Positions 39,476-49,066 of a stretch of 64,000 bases of DNA are shown piece after piece (the stretch's first letter is position 1; each line of letters starts with the position of its first letter). Under the pieces are notes generated by a model that was given only the letters and a program-made list of their open reading frames with translations, was not told the origin of the DNA and ran no database searches. Position numbers and translations under genes: made by a program. The DNA is from a phage: the NCBI GenBank assembly GCA_012646185.1, contig GCA_012646185.1_4706.1; one strand, 5' to 3'.

Positions 39476-40570
39476 ATGTTTCGTGTTTTAAATAACCTCC
39501 CGCGAACATCATCGGGTGTGCAACCCGTCCCTCAGAAAGACTATCTAATACGCGAAGTTCAAAGAAACCTACAGACAATCCAGAACCACTATCAAGGTTT
39601 TACCTTCGCGGTTCAGAGCGATCACATCCTTGCGTTGCTGCTCGCACAGCTCCCTATGAGATACGACATCTCAGTACAAACTTACTACGACATGATTCTC
39701 GATCTTACCCCAGAATTGGGTAATCGTGTCAAGTTGACAACATCAAGATACGCGGGTAAGTTATTCGACGGTGCTTTCTATCCGGGATTGCACGAAGCTA
39801 TTATCGCAACCGGTGAAAGTCGTCTTATTTCACGTGACGTTCTTGACAACTGGCGTAATTGGTCACCAGTTAGAATCGTGACGCACCCATACGCAAATCT
39901 TCGTTACATTCCTCTTCACCGAAAGCAGGTTGAAGATGGGCGAGGTTTTGCAGTCATTATGGTTGACGTACCTTTATTAGCGCTACAGTATCGAATGTGG
40001 TCTTTGATCATGGGTCATAACGTCGACGGTAAATGGGTGGTTAAAGAACCGGTTACAAGCTTCCTTGCGAGTTTTCCGTTGGTTAACGCATTATACTCAC
40101 ACAACGATGTTGTTATACGTAATCGTTGTTTGTGGGTATCTCCGGCTAAGAATCCACTCAAATCACCCATTTACGTTAACGACCTTGATAACGTATTCAG
40201 CCAAGTCGTTCTGTCCGTACAGCATCATTTATTACGAAGAAGACGAAGCTACACCGATATGCTTAAACAGATACCGAGTTTATACGGAGATCAGTACCAA
40301 GCAACCCGAATGGGTTACACCGTCGATCTTCGACAAACACGATGGGCAAGGGATCTGGGTTGTCTGTCATTATGGCAACAACTCGTCACATTGCAAAACG
40401 TATCTGAAAGCGTCGGGTTCAGCAGTCAAATCGATAACGACCTGTACCGTGCTGCCGACCGGAGTCTAAAAGAAGGTAACTGGGAATCCTCTCCGTTACC
40501 TGGCGATTTAAGACGTGAAGTTATCGCACAGGTTGCCGACCTCTTAAAAATTCTTCCCGCTGGTGCATAA
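39476..40570 (+). CDS. hypothetical protein
   Basis: 364-aa plus-strand ORF. Confidence 0.5.
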   Translation: MFRVLNNLPRTSSGVQPVPQKDYLIREVQRNLQTIQNHYQGFTFAVQSDHILALLLAQLPMRYDISVQTYYDMILDLTPELGNRVKLTTSRYAGKLFDGAFYPGLHEAIIATGESRLISRDVLDNWRNWSPVRIVTHPYANLRYIPLHRKQVEDGRGFAVIMVDVPLLALQYRMWSLIMGHNVDGKWVVKEPVTSFLASFPLVNALYSHNDVVIRNRCLWVSPAKNPLKSPIYVNDLDNVFSQVVLSVQHHLLRRRRSYTDMLKQIPSLYGDQYQATRMGYTVDLRQTRWARDLGCLSLWQQLVTLQNVSESVGFSSQIDNDLYRAADRSLKEGNWESSPLPGDLRREVIAQVADLLKILPAGA

Positions 40571-40591
40571 TCACCTCCCTCTTCCCTTGCA

Positions 40592-40620
40592 TCCTCCCAA
40601 CCCGTAAGGGAAGGGAGGAT
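40592..40620. terminator. GC-rich stem-loop between convergent genes
   Basis: tcctcccaaccc-gtaa-gggaagggagga. Confidence 0.4.
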
Positions 40621-40636
40621 GGGGTGGTGGATTATG

Positions 40637-42790
40637 TTACTCTGCGGTTTCTTGCTTCGGTAAATAACTTGCTGCAATGTCTTGGGCTAACAATGTATTG
40701 TTTTTATTCGAGATGAAAATACCGTAACTTTCCATTAACGCGTAATACGAACGCACGAGCGTAGAGATCAATCGACGAATATCCATACCTTGAATAAAGA
40801 TATCGGGAAGCCCGGAGGCTTCGATCACCGGTAATGGTATCGTTAAGTTGCTTATCGTTTTCTTATCGTTACGTACAATCCAATCACGGAAACGTTGTTG
40901 TAACCCTTTATCCTCCCAGGAATCAATCCAATCGTTAAGAAGCGTTTTGTTCTTCGTCGCCAACGGCACACGAACCCCAACATAGGGTGGTTCCTGGCAA
41001 TGGCCGTACGATTGAGCAAACACCTCTTCCCACATATCGTAAGACTGTTTCGTTACTGCAACATGCGGTTTCACTTTAACACGTGTTAAGAAATCGGGAT
41101 CACCTCGTTTCATGGACTCAACGATTTCGTTTTCTAACGAGATAATATCATCAAGAACCAATCGAATGCTGATCTTCTCATTACGTAACAGCTTATCCAT
41201 GATACCACACATCATGCGTTCAACACGTTTGACGATCATTTTTGGTGCTGACGCATCACGCATAACAGGACCTTTCAATTCCAGCTTCGGTGGATTGATA
41301 GGAACCCCTTCACGCATGGTCATGTAACCGTAATAGTTTTTACCCATCGAGGTTAACGACAGAATCAAGAACATATATTCGTTCTTCATTTCCATTACGT
41401 ACATATGCTCTTTCGCTACACCGATATTACCAGAACACATCGCCATCAGATGAACCGTAATCTGCGTAACCAGATAGATAAGCGTATTTGCTAAGCGCGT
41501 CGAAACTGGATTGATCTCCATATTTCCAAATCGCCACTGAACCCACTCCTGGCAGGTAAACACCGTCGAGTCGGTATCAGACAACACACCCACTTCACGG
41601 ATTGCTGATGGGAAAGCATAAACGCCAGCCGGTTGGTTCTCGGTACGCCAGAACGCCATAATCAAATCAGCATAGCTTTGAATACGCTGTAGCATTAATT
41701 TTGTCGTTGCTGCAGTAAGACGATAACCAAGCTCATTTCCTTTTTCTAGCGCTACGTAAATCGCTTCCCCGTTCAAGAACTCCGTGCATTGTGCTGTAAT
41801 CCAAGCGACCGTGTTGTTATCCATGGAAGCAATAATGGCTTTAGCCTCTTCCATCGTTTCAACCGGTTCGGATGCCAGTTCACATAACGAGTCAAGAAAA
41901 TCTCGAACAAATTCAGGATTAAGCTCACGTAACGAGTACAGGTTATTGCTGTACATGTAGCAGGCACGTTCCAGTGGGGTTAAACCAGTAATTAACTCCC
42001 GGATAATCAGTTCTTTCTCTGGGTCGAAAGTATATCGATGCAAGCATTTCGATACGTTAGCCCAAACCTCTTCCGGTGTAGGGTAATGTAATTTGTATTT
42101 TACCATTACCTGTTCAATGGCTTTACGATCGCTGTTACGGACAATACTTACGATGTTTTCGATTGCGATATCACAATCGTAATAATGGAAATTGCCCGCA
42201 AGGAAGCGTTCGTTGTTCGCATTGGCTGAACCTGAAGCACAGCGACATGTTGTCGTTAAACTTGGATGCGCGATCGGATTATAAAAAGGGTTAAACTTGG
42301 ACGCCTGGGTTCCTGACAAACTGTTGTTATCTAACTTGGTGTTGGTTTGTCGTTTATCGTGTAACTCAGCTTCATCTTTACGTCCGTGTGCTTGTGCTAT
42401 CGACATTTGTTTCTTTTGTTTCTTACGCAACTTACCGTTTTCAACCGCGAAGTCGCTTAGCACACTGGAGCGTGTCTCACGTGGGTAACAGTTAGCCCAC
42501 ACCGGCGTGATAATTAAATTATTTTCTTTAATATCGTTGAAGTATTGGCTGAACTTGATGACTTCTTTTTCTCGATTTCCTTCGGTACGCTGTGTTAATA
42601 CAAGACAGTCGGGATCAACCATCCCGTATTTTCCACCAGGACGAACCGTTTCAAGAACAAACTGCAACGCTTCCTGCTGTGATATCCCACGCATGCGCAT
42701 TAAGAACAGGGTATAATCCTGTACCGCTTCTTTGGTCATATCCAACGTACGACCATATCCGTTTTCATCGTAAAAGAACGGATTTTCCAT
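40637..42790 (-). CDS. hypothetical large protein
   Basis: 717-aa ORF; contains SDTDS but no ordered polymerase motif set. Confidence 0.5.
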   Translation of the reverse strand: MENPFFYDENGYGRTLDMTKEAVQDYTLFLMRMRGISQQEALQFVLETVRPGGKYGMVDPDCLVLTQRTEGNREKEVIKFSQYFNDIKENNLIITPVWANCYPRETRSSVLSDFAVENGKLRKKQKKQMSIAQAHGRKDEAELHDKRQTNTKLDNNSLSGTQASKFNPFYNPIAHPSLTTTCRCASGSANANNERFLAGNFHYYDCDIAIENIVSIVRNSDRKAIEQVMVKYKLHYPTPEEVWANVSKCLHRYTFDPEKELIIRELITGLTPLERACYMYSNNLYSLRELNPEFVRDFLDSLCELASEPVETMEEAKAIIASMDNNTVAWITAQCTEFLNGEAIYVALEKGNELGYRLTAATTKLMLQRIQSYADLIMAFWRTENQPAGVYAFPSAIREVGVLSDTDSTVFTCQEWVQWRFGNMEINPVSTRLANTLIYLVTQITVHLMAMCSGNIGVAKEHMYVMEMKNEYMFLILSLTSMGKNYYGYMTMREGVPINPPKLELKGPVMRDASAPKMIVKRVERMMCGIMDKLLRNEKISIRLVLDDIISLENEIVESMKRGDPDFLTRVKVKPHVAVTKQSYDMWEEVFAQSYGHCQEPPYVGVRVPLATKNKTLLNDWIDSWEDKGLQQRFRDWIVRNDKKTISNLTIPLPVIEASGLPDIFIQGMDIRRLISTLVRSYYALMESYGIFISNKNNTLLAQDIAASYLPKQETAE

Positions 42791-42865
42791 AAATCCTCCA
42801 AAAGTTATTTAGTCTGTCTACATCATCTCGTATATCTGTTAAAAAAGAAGGACGGCATAAAAAAG

Positions 42866-42893
42866 AACCGATCCAGCCGAAGCCAGATCGGTT
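42866..42893 (-). terminator. rho-independent-type terminator (minus strand)
   Basis: aaccgatc...gatcggtt 8-bp stem followed on the minus strand by a U-run (plus-strand aaaaaag at 42855-42861). Confidence 0.5.
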
Positions 42894-43088
42894 AAAAAGG
42901 ATAATAACTGACAGAAAGATATCGATGATGTTCGTGAAACAAGATCTTCTCTCGTGTACAATGATGCTAGATCAGAGGGAGGTTGTAACACGAGAGGTGG
43001 TCCGCCAAAGAAGGAATAAAAACACGAACCTATCTTATTTCACTGATGGCACTAACCACTCAAAATATATAGTACTGTATGTAAAAGT

Positions 43089-43502
43089 TTACTGATTAAT
43101 CAAGTCGTTAGCAACAATCTTGGTGTAACCCGCCTGATTAAGAATTTGATTAATTTTCGTCACGTCGGTCGCATCCTCAATAACGATGCTGGGTTTATAG
43201 ATCAGCGTCTTGGTAACGACGATTGTACTCTCCTTAATCCAAGGAATCCCTAGAATCACATACTCGCCGTCGGCTGTAATGACCTCGACGTAATTGTATT
43301 TCGTCGGATCGTTCGGTACACTAGACGGGAGCCGGGAATAAATCTGTTGGTGAATGGCATCTACATCACGACCGTTACGTACAGCTGTGCGATAATTGTA
43401 CACAGCGCTAATTTCTACTCCGTTGAAGTTAACCCCAAGTTCTGGGGCGTACACATCAAAACTCACAACAGAGCCAATCTTTTCTAAATCAGAAGCTGGC
43501 AT
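43089..43502 (-). CDS. hypothetical protein
   Basis: 137-aa ORF. Confidence 0.45.
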   Translation of the reverse strand: MPASDLEKIGSVVSFDVYAPELGVNFNGVEISAVYNYRTAVRNGRDVDAIHQQIYSRLPSSVPNDPTKYNYVEVITADGEYVILGIPWIKESTIVVTKTLIYKPSIVIEDATDVTKINQILNQAGYTKIVANDLINQ

Positions 43503-43513
43503 AATAGCATCCT

Positions 43514-43912
43514 TTATTTAAAAATGTATTCATATCCGAAAGTCGTCGCTGACCAGACCCGGATAGATGATAGTGTTCCGCCACGATAAAACGTTTTTGT
43601 GAATTCCATATCCTGGACAACACGATAATAAACACGTCCGATAATACGCACGATAAGGTTTCGTGATAACGATCTCTCCTCGCAGTATTCATCGATAAAG
43701 TCATCGTCGATATCCGATAAGACAACATCCGCAATTTCTTGCAGTAGATTCCTCATCAGCATCTGCCTTCCTTCGGTACCCCACCCAGACAAACAGTAAT
43801 CGTCTTCTGCCTGACTATAGATGTCGTTAACCGCCTGTTCGAGCAGTTGCTCAAGATAGTAGTCATCGCGTTTTATAACGTGGCGACGGCGCTCAGTGGC
43901 GTATTTTTCCAT
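43514..43912 (-). CDS. hypothetical protein (start uncertain; track ORF extends to 44035)
   Basis: Internal ATG (MEKYATERRR) chosen to limit overlap with 43873-44361. Confidence 0.35.
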   Translation of the reverse strand: MEKYATERRRHVIKRDDYYLEQLLEQAVNDIYSQAEDDYCLSGWGTEGRQMLMRNLLQEIADVVLSDIDDDFIDEYCEERSLSRNLIVRIIGRVYYRVVQDMEFTKTFYRGGTLSSIRVWSATTFGYEYIFK

Positions 43913-44361
43913 CCTGTGTTTCTCTTGTTCGGCGTATGTATTAACGACGCCACAGTCTTTTCTGGATCGTCCCACAATGCACGACGAAAACTGGATACTA
44001 CCATAACGGTAGGATAGATTTGTACAACCTCCCATCCGTAACGATGTGCGTTAGTCGTACGTCCGACATTGAACAGACATAGCTGATTTAAGAAACAGAG
44101 CTGCATCTTCGTAAACAACACCATGTCTTCACGTTTAACGTATCCGAGGATATACGCATTCTCGAACGCCTCGCGTGACAAGACGGGACGATTAAGATAC
44201 CGTAACGCTAATACCAACAACGTTGTTATGCGCAACGGATCTTCTGGGTCATTCATGGTACTCAGCTCTGCTTGTAACCAGTCAGGGATAGTAACCGTCA
44301 GACGATAGGTATCTGTTCCACGATCAACCACATTCAATGTTGAAAAAGGCAACATATCCAT
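43873..44361 (-). CDS. hypothetical protein
   Basis: 162-aa ORF. Confidence 0.4.
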   Translation of the reverse strand: MDMLPFSTLNVVDRGTDTYRLTVTIPDWLQAELSTMNDPEDPLRITTLLVLALRYLNRPVLSREAFENAYILGYVKREDMVLFTKMQLCFLNQLCLFNVGRTTNAHRYGWEVVQIYPTVMVVSSFRRALWDDPEKTVASLIHTPNKRNTGWKNTPLSAVATL

Positions 44362-44899
44362 GAATTCCTTCTAGCTCGAGGTTGTTCTCGCCGGTCTTCG
44401 GTAATAACCCACTGGCCGTTAACATCTGTGTCATCGAGTAGTCAAAGCACGGGAATATCAGGTTAACGGTTTCCTGGATCGCGTCAACATAACTATAAAT
44501 GGCTTCATAATACTCACCGTCATGATCTACGCTAACCAGTTCCTGACACAGTTCTTCGCTTATCATTTCATATACCGGTGGATACCACGATTGAAATGGT
44601 CGCTGCATACGTAACGACCAGTACTCGTACGTTGTATACTGAAGCACGTCATAAGCCGATACGTTAATGCGGTCGAAGAAAGCATACTTGTCCATATGCT
44701 GGTACAACATCGCCAACACGGTTTCCAAGCACACCGATATCCGCACGCCGTCATCTTTCCCGTTAAGAAAATTAGGTTTCTGCCGATAACGCACAAATGC
44801 CGACGGCCTTGATTGCATTATTCCACCACCAACCATAACGTCATACTCGTATCTAACGTAAAATTGAAATGCCACCAATCTTCTACACGTGGAATCCAC
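44324..44899 (-). CDS. hypothetical protein (start uncertain, possibly ATG at 44818)
   Basis: 191-aa ORF. Confidence 0.4.
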   Translation of the reverse strand: MDSTCRRLVAFQFYVRYEYDVMVGGGIMQSRPSAFVRYRQKPNFLNGKDDGVRISVCLETVLAMLYQHMDKYAFFDRINVSAYDVLQYTTYEYWSLRMQRPFQSWYPPVYEMISEELCQELVSVDHDGEYYEAIYSYVDAIQETVNLIFPCFDYSMTQMLTASGLLPKTGENNLELEGIHGYVAFFNIECG

Positions 44900-45501
44900 G
44901 TACGAAGGATTTGGTTAACTTCGCTTCGCATCACCGATAAACGACAACGAAAATCGAACTTCTCATCGTGGCCGTAGTCTTCATGCATGAAAACTTCATC
45001 CAAAACGAACTCAAGTTGCATGTCGACATCGCGGCCAGAGATATTCCGTTTGTACAAATACAGTTCAATCGTGTCGTAAAGCAACGTATGAATATCATAA
45101 TTTCCGTTCGGTGAGAAATAAGGTAATCGCTCATCGAGCATCGAAAACAGATATTCACTGTAGTTTAATAACGGGATGATGTATCGACGCCCTGTCTGTG
45201 GTGTGCGAATATGTATCGAAACCTGACTTGGGCGCGGAATAACCGACGGCTTAGAATCGTCTCTCTGAAATTGCTCTAAAGATCGCAACAAAGGTGGCCG
45301 CATTGTAACTCTCCAACGCCCAATTGTAAGGCCCTTCCAACATGTGTTCCCATACGTGAATAAACTCACTACCGAAGACAGGCTCCAGCGCCATGGTGAG
45401 ATTCGTAAGTTCTGACGCAGCCGCATGGTAAGCATCAACATGTCTTTCCATTGACGGATCGTCTTCATTGAAAATACGTTCTGTGTCGCCAGCCCGCTCA
45501 A
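44818..45501 (-). CDS. hypothetical protein (N-terminal third likely non-coding)
   Basis: 227-aa ORF; R/W-rich N-terminus, plausible start at MLDERLPYF. Confidence 0.35.
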   Translation of the reverse strand: MSGLATQNVFSMKTIRQWKDMLMLTMRLRQNLRISPWRWSLSSVVSLFTYGNTCWKGLTIGRWRVTMRPPLLRSLEQFQRDDSKPSVIPRPSQVSIHIRTPQTGRRYIIPLLNYSEYLFSMLDERLPYFSPNGNYDIHTLLYDTIELYLYKRNISGRDVDMQLEFVLDEVFMHEDYGHDEKFDFRCRLSVMRSEVNQILRTWIPRVEDWWHFNFTLDTSMTLWLVVE

Positions 45502-45712
45502 TAAGTTCGGTAATGAGATCTGTCCATGTCTCGTGACACGTCATCATTTCCTGTTCTCGACTTAGTATGCCGATGTCTGCGTGGACGCTGGACTCGAACC
45601 GGTCTAAAAGGACCCGAAGAACGTGCACCTTGTCGATGTATTTCACCGTTATCCAGGAAAGCGGTTGCCACCGACTCAGCATCCATCCGGTACTCGGGAA
45701 CCCCAAACTCAT
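45251..45712 (-). CDS. hypothetical protein, possibly the frameshifted continuation of 45498-46475
   Basis: Track ORF 45251-45880 overlaps the upstream ORF by 383 nt in another frame. Confidence 0.3.
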   Translation of the reverse strand: MSLGFPSTGWMLSRWQPLSWITVKYIDKVHVLRVLLDRFESSVHADIGILSREQEMMTCHETWTDLITELIERAGDTERIFNEDDPSMERHVDAYHAAASELTNLTMALEPVFGSEFIHVWEHMLEGPYNWALESYNAATFVAIFRAISERRF

Positions 45713-46475
45713 ATAGTACGGGTTGCACCGGACCGAAGACGGAGCGACGTTGTTTAAATCGTTCCTTAAGGGCAAGGCCTTGTTTAATATAAACGGGTTC
45801 ATTGGCGAGCTGTTCCGCTTTTCGTTTTGCGTGAGCCAATCGAAGTTCTTCCAATTGCCCAAGCCATTCAAATTGTTCATCTGTTAGCTCCTGGGGACGT
45901 TCAACAATCGCGCCAGACGGGCAGATATTGATCGTAATGTTAATTGACGGCATCGCCATCACTCGAGGATTACTATTACGTACGCGGACAACATGTTCGG
46001 TTGCTGATTTACGATCGACGCAATACTCTGTTTCTTGGAACTCAAATGCTTTTAACGGCGTTGGTTTTGTTTGATGTTTAGGAACGCGGCCAAGATCAAC
46101 AATATAGGCATAATCGCACACACGTTCTATTCCGTAAATACGGTTATCCGACCAGTTCTTACCAAACAGCTTGTTGTGATGATAAGACAGATATTCGGTT
46201 ACCATACCCTGGACAACATCGAAGTCTTCTCGAAATTCAGGTTGGTACCAAATCGGACCGAGAATATCTGCGAACGATTCATGACGATATCGAGGATCAT
46301 GTCGAGTCCAGGTCATTCTCTGATTAAGATCGAAATCCACCAACAACTCGGTTAATTGCAATTTTTCCTTCGGAGAAAGCTGGCGTTGATGATGCAAACT
46401 CAGACAATCGATAAGCGGTAATGAAACCCACGATGCTAATGTGTACAAATCGATCCTGGCTAATCTCTTGGTCAT
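45498..46475 (-). CDS. hypothetical protein (C-terminal tail Arg-rich, probably out of frame)
   Basis: 325-aa ORF. Confidence 0.4.
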   Translation of the reverse strand: MTKRLARIDLYTLASWVSLPLIDCLSLHHQRQLSPKEKLQLTELLVDFDLNQRMTWTRHDPRYRHESFADILGPIWYQPEFREDFDVVQGMVTEYLSYHHNKLFGKNWSDNRIYGIERVCDYAYIVDLGRVPKHQTKPTPLKAFEFQETEYCVDRKSATEHVVRVRNSNPRVMAMPSINITINICPSGAIVERPQELTDEQFEWLGQLEELRLAHAKRKAEQLANEPVYIKQGLALKERFKQRRSVFGPVQPVLYEFGVPEYRMDAESVATAFLDNGEIHRQGARSSGPFRPVRVQRPRRHRHTKSRTGNDDVSRDMDRSHYRTY

Positions 46476-46566
46476 ACTCTTTTCCTAAGTCCCCATTGTT
46501 TATACACACGATATCTGGGAATAGTTAAAATATACGGCGTAAAACGAAGCAGGAGAGTTTCTGACG

Positions 46567-46887
46567 TCATTTTCTCCCTCTTCGAATACTACCGATACCT
46601 CTTTCGTCTAAGACGTCCCAGGCACGCTTTATTTCATCCTCCGTTGCTCTGGTATCTGGAGGGACAACCATAACACAGTCATGGAATGGCCAATGTGTAG
46701 GTCTGGGGTTAGCGAACAAATCATCCCATTCAAATGTCCATTCTTTCTTTGAGCGATTGTAGTAGAGCGTAAGGTACGTGTTGGTATACGCTGGATAACC
46801 ATGCATCACTTCAATATCCTTACGATCTTGCCGTTCCTGATTCCAATCGTTAAACCGCTTTCTTATTTTCTCCCACCACTTTCCCAT
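46567..46887 (-). CDS. hypothetical protein
   Basis: 106-aa ORF. Confidence 0.45.
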   Translation of the reverse strand: MGKWWEKIRKRFNDWNQERQDRKDIEVMHGYPAYTNTYLTLYYNRSKKEWTFEWDDLFANPRPTHWPFHDCVMVVPPDTRATEDEIKRAWDVLDERGIGSIRRGRK

Positions 46888-46940
46888 GCTTTCTCCTACA
46901 CGGCATAAAAGCCTGCCCCGAAGGACAGGCTCGATAGAAC

Positions 46941-47141
46941 TTAACGACCATCCAATTTCAATGAAGGATGGTTGACGATATGTGCGTGTTTTGCTGGGTC
47001 ATATAGCTGATATGGAAAATAGCCATGCCATTGACGGCCTTGGCATTTCGTACACAGGAACTGACCAACACCTTGTCGATTCTCGTAAGCGAGTTCGGTA
47101 CTATCAACATGACCGCAACGTTCGCAGATAAACAGCGACAT
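46941..47141 (-). CDS. small zinc-ribbon protein
   Basis: 66-aa ORF; CERCG...CTKCQ. Confidence 0.45.
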   Translation of the reverse strand: MSLFICERCGHVDSTELAYENRQGVGQFLCTKCQGRQWHGYFPYQLYDPAKHAHIVNHPSLKLDGR

Positions 47142-47178
47142 AGCGCATCCCCATTCACTTGAACCTTTTGGTTCGGCA

Positions 47179-48159
47179 TTAGAAAAGCAAGAAACCGCTA
47201 TTCTTCGCTTCCGCTACAGTTTCGTCACCAACTTTCGGTGCCTGTTGACGTGCGTTACGATGTTCGATGTAACGTTTCGCTTCGTCAGCGATTTGTTTGA
47301 TAATACCCCCTAAACGATCGGTACTTAAAACAAACGACGTCGCTTCACGAATCGGGCTGCTTTCAGGCACAAAACCATCACAGCTGTAAATAGCGCTAAC
47401 ACCCATGACTTTTGTCGCGTCTTTCGGATAAAGCGTACAGAAAGCAATCGGGCTATCGTTCTCTTTCGTCCAATCGTATCCCATGAACGTATTCAGTTCG
47501 GTGATCGTTGGTTCCAAACCGGTAACACGTGGATGGTTTAAGAAGTTTTCCAGGTCGGCGCTGTCAAGACGACGGTTCTCGCCAGAAAACAGAACACAAA
47601 GCTGGCTAATAACAACCTGCACGTCCAGGTTGACATCCTGCTCCGATTTCCCATTTTCGCCATTCATGTGATAGCTAACAATCACTGGACGTTTCAACCC
47701 TTCTGCAGCCGCCATCAGTCCCTTGAAGGTGCGATCGGCGTTGATCGTCTGGCGCTCATCATCGAACGAGGCAACGATACAACACACCACACGTTCACCG
47801 CGTTCCAGCAGGTTAGCAACCAACGCAGGACCGGCAACAGAACCTGAACCACCGCTCAAACTAAAGACCACGATATTAAATTTACCGGGCGTACGCTTAT
47901 TCAGAATACCCGGGATTTGTGAACAGATCAGTTCAGCGTTCTCATCACGCTTCTTACCAGAACCGTCTAACTCACGACCGGCTGCATCTTTAAAGATGTA
48001 AATATGATCGTCACCCAGTGTGCTATCGCGTAGGTTAGCGCGGCTGGTATCGACATACGTCATGCTGTGTAATCCTTTCGCGACTTCGCCTTCAAATGCT
48101 GAGCCGATTTCGCCACCACAACCACCGACAGCCCAAATATGTACTTGGTTCTCTTGCAT
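47179..48159 (-). CDS. phuZ: tubulin/FtsZ-like GTPase PhuZ
   Basis: 326-aa ORF; N-terminal AVGGCGGEIG (T1 loop) and SLSGGSGSVAGP (tubulin signature GGGTGSG-like). Confidence 0.8.
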   Translation of the reverse strand: MQENQVHIWAVGGCGGEIGSAFEGEVAKGLHSMTYVDTSRANLRDSTLGDDHIYIFKDAAGRELDGSGKKRDENAELICSQIPGILNKRTPGKFNIVVFSLSGGSGSVAGPALVANLLERGERVVCCIVASFDDERQTINADRTFKGLMAAAEGLKRPVIVSYHMNGENGKSEQDVNLDVQVVISQLCVLFSGENRRLDSADLENFLNHPRVTGLEPTITELNTFMGYDWTKENDSPIAFCTLYPKDATKVMGVSAIYSCDGFVPESSPIREATSFVLSTDRLGGIIKQIADEAKRYIEHRNARQQAPKVGDETVAEAKNSGFLLF

Positions 48160-48223
48160 GTGAACTCCTAATTTAATATGTATTTAACGCACAATGAATC
48201 TTTCTTTGCTAAAGGGGTGACCC

Positions 48224-49066
48224 ATGGGTGCTATTGACTACAGTGTAGATCGTATCTGTCGTACAATACCGGCAGATATCCTACAGTATTGCTATATCGA
48301 TCGTTACGACTGGCGTAATCGCTATCCTCGTTCCGTAGAAGACATCATTACCGATTGGGTAATCCGTAAACGGGTTATCGGCGACATCGATATCTACGGG
48401 GGGCTACAAACCGTTATCCCCCTTGATGATGCCGGTGTCACTATCGAAGAAGTCACCATTAACTGTTATGTTTTCCACATTCCGTTGGAAGCCACACAGG
48501 GACGTTATATCACGTCCGCATTATCCATTATTTCAGGGAGCGTGAACAACTACGGAATAAACTATAACGGGCAATGGGGTGCTTTCAACCAAACCCAGTT
48601 TCAACGTCAGCTTTGTGGGTGGAACCCCGCAAGCAACACGTTACAGCAAGGGATGAACGCGTTCGGTCCCATGAACGTTCTTAGTACAGCCAACGTTGAT
48701 ATCATCGCCCCTAACACCATCATGGTGAACAACGTCACGCCTGTACAATTTCCCCTGAGCCTACGCTGTTTCCTTGCCCACGATCCGGAACTTACCAACC
48801 TCAGCATGGAGGTTTGGAACGACTTCTACAAACTCTGTTTATACGCCACGCAAAGTGACATCTACAACAGAACCGTTATCCGTCTCGATAGAGGTGTTAC
48901 AGCACAAGGACAAGAAGTCGGTGCATTCAAGGAATACATCGATCGCTTTGCCGATGCTGAAAACACATATCAGGAATTCCTGAACGAAACGTGGGCTGGC
49001 GTTGCCGCCTGGAACGATCCGCAAACTAAACGTCGCGCCATTCGACTACAAACCGGTTACTTCTGA
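48224..49066 (+). CDS. hypothetical protein
   Basis: 280-aa plus-strand ORF. Confidence 0.5.
   Translation: MGAIDYSVDRICRTIPADILQYCYIDRYDWRNRYPRSVEDIITDWVIRKRVIGDIDIYGGLQTVIPLDDAGVTIEEVTINCYVFHIPLEATQGRYITSALSIISGSVNNYGINYNGQWGAFNQTQFQRQLCGWNPASNTLQQGMNAFGPMNVLSTANVDIIAPNTIMVNNVTPVQFPLSLRCFLAHDPELTNLSMEVWNDFYKLCLYATQSDIYNRTVIRLDRGVTAQGQEVGAFKEYIDRFADAENTYQEFLNETWAGVAAWNDPQTKRRAIRLQTGYF

Noticed and set aside
40637-42790. Family B DNA polymerase, suggested by DTDS
   Set aside because: No catalytic Asp-containing motif A and the candidate motifs are in the wrong order.
45581-45610. tRNA-like sequence (GGTTCGAGTCC-like T-arm on the minus strand)
   Set aside because: Flanking stems do not pair into a cloverleaf and it lies inside a coding ORF; no convincing tRNA found by eye anywhere in the window.
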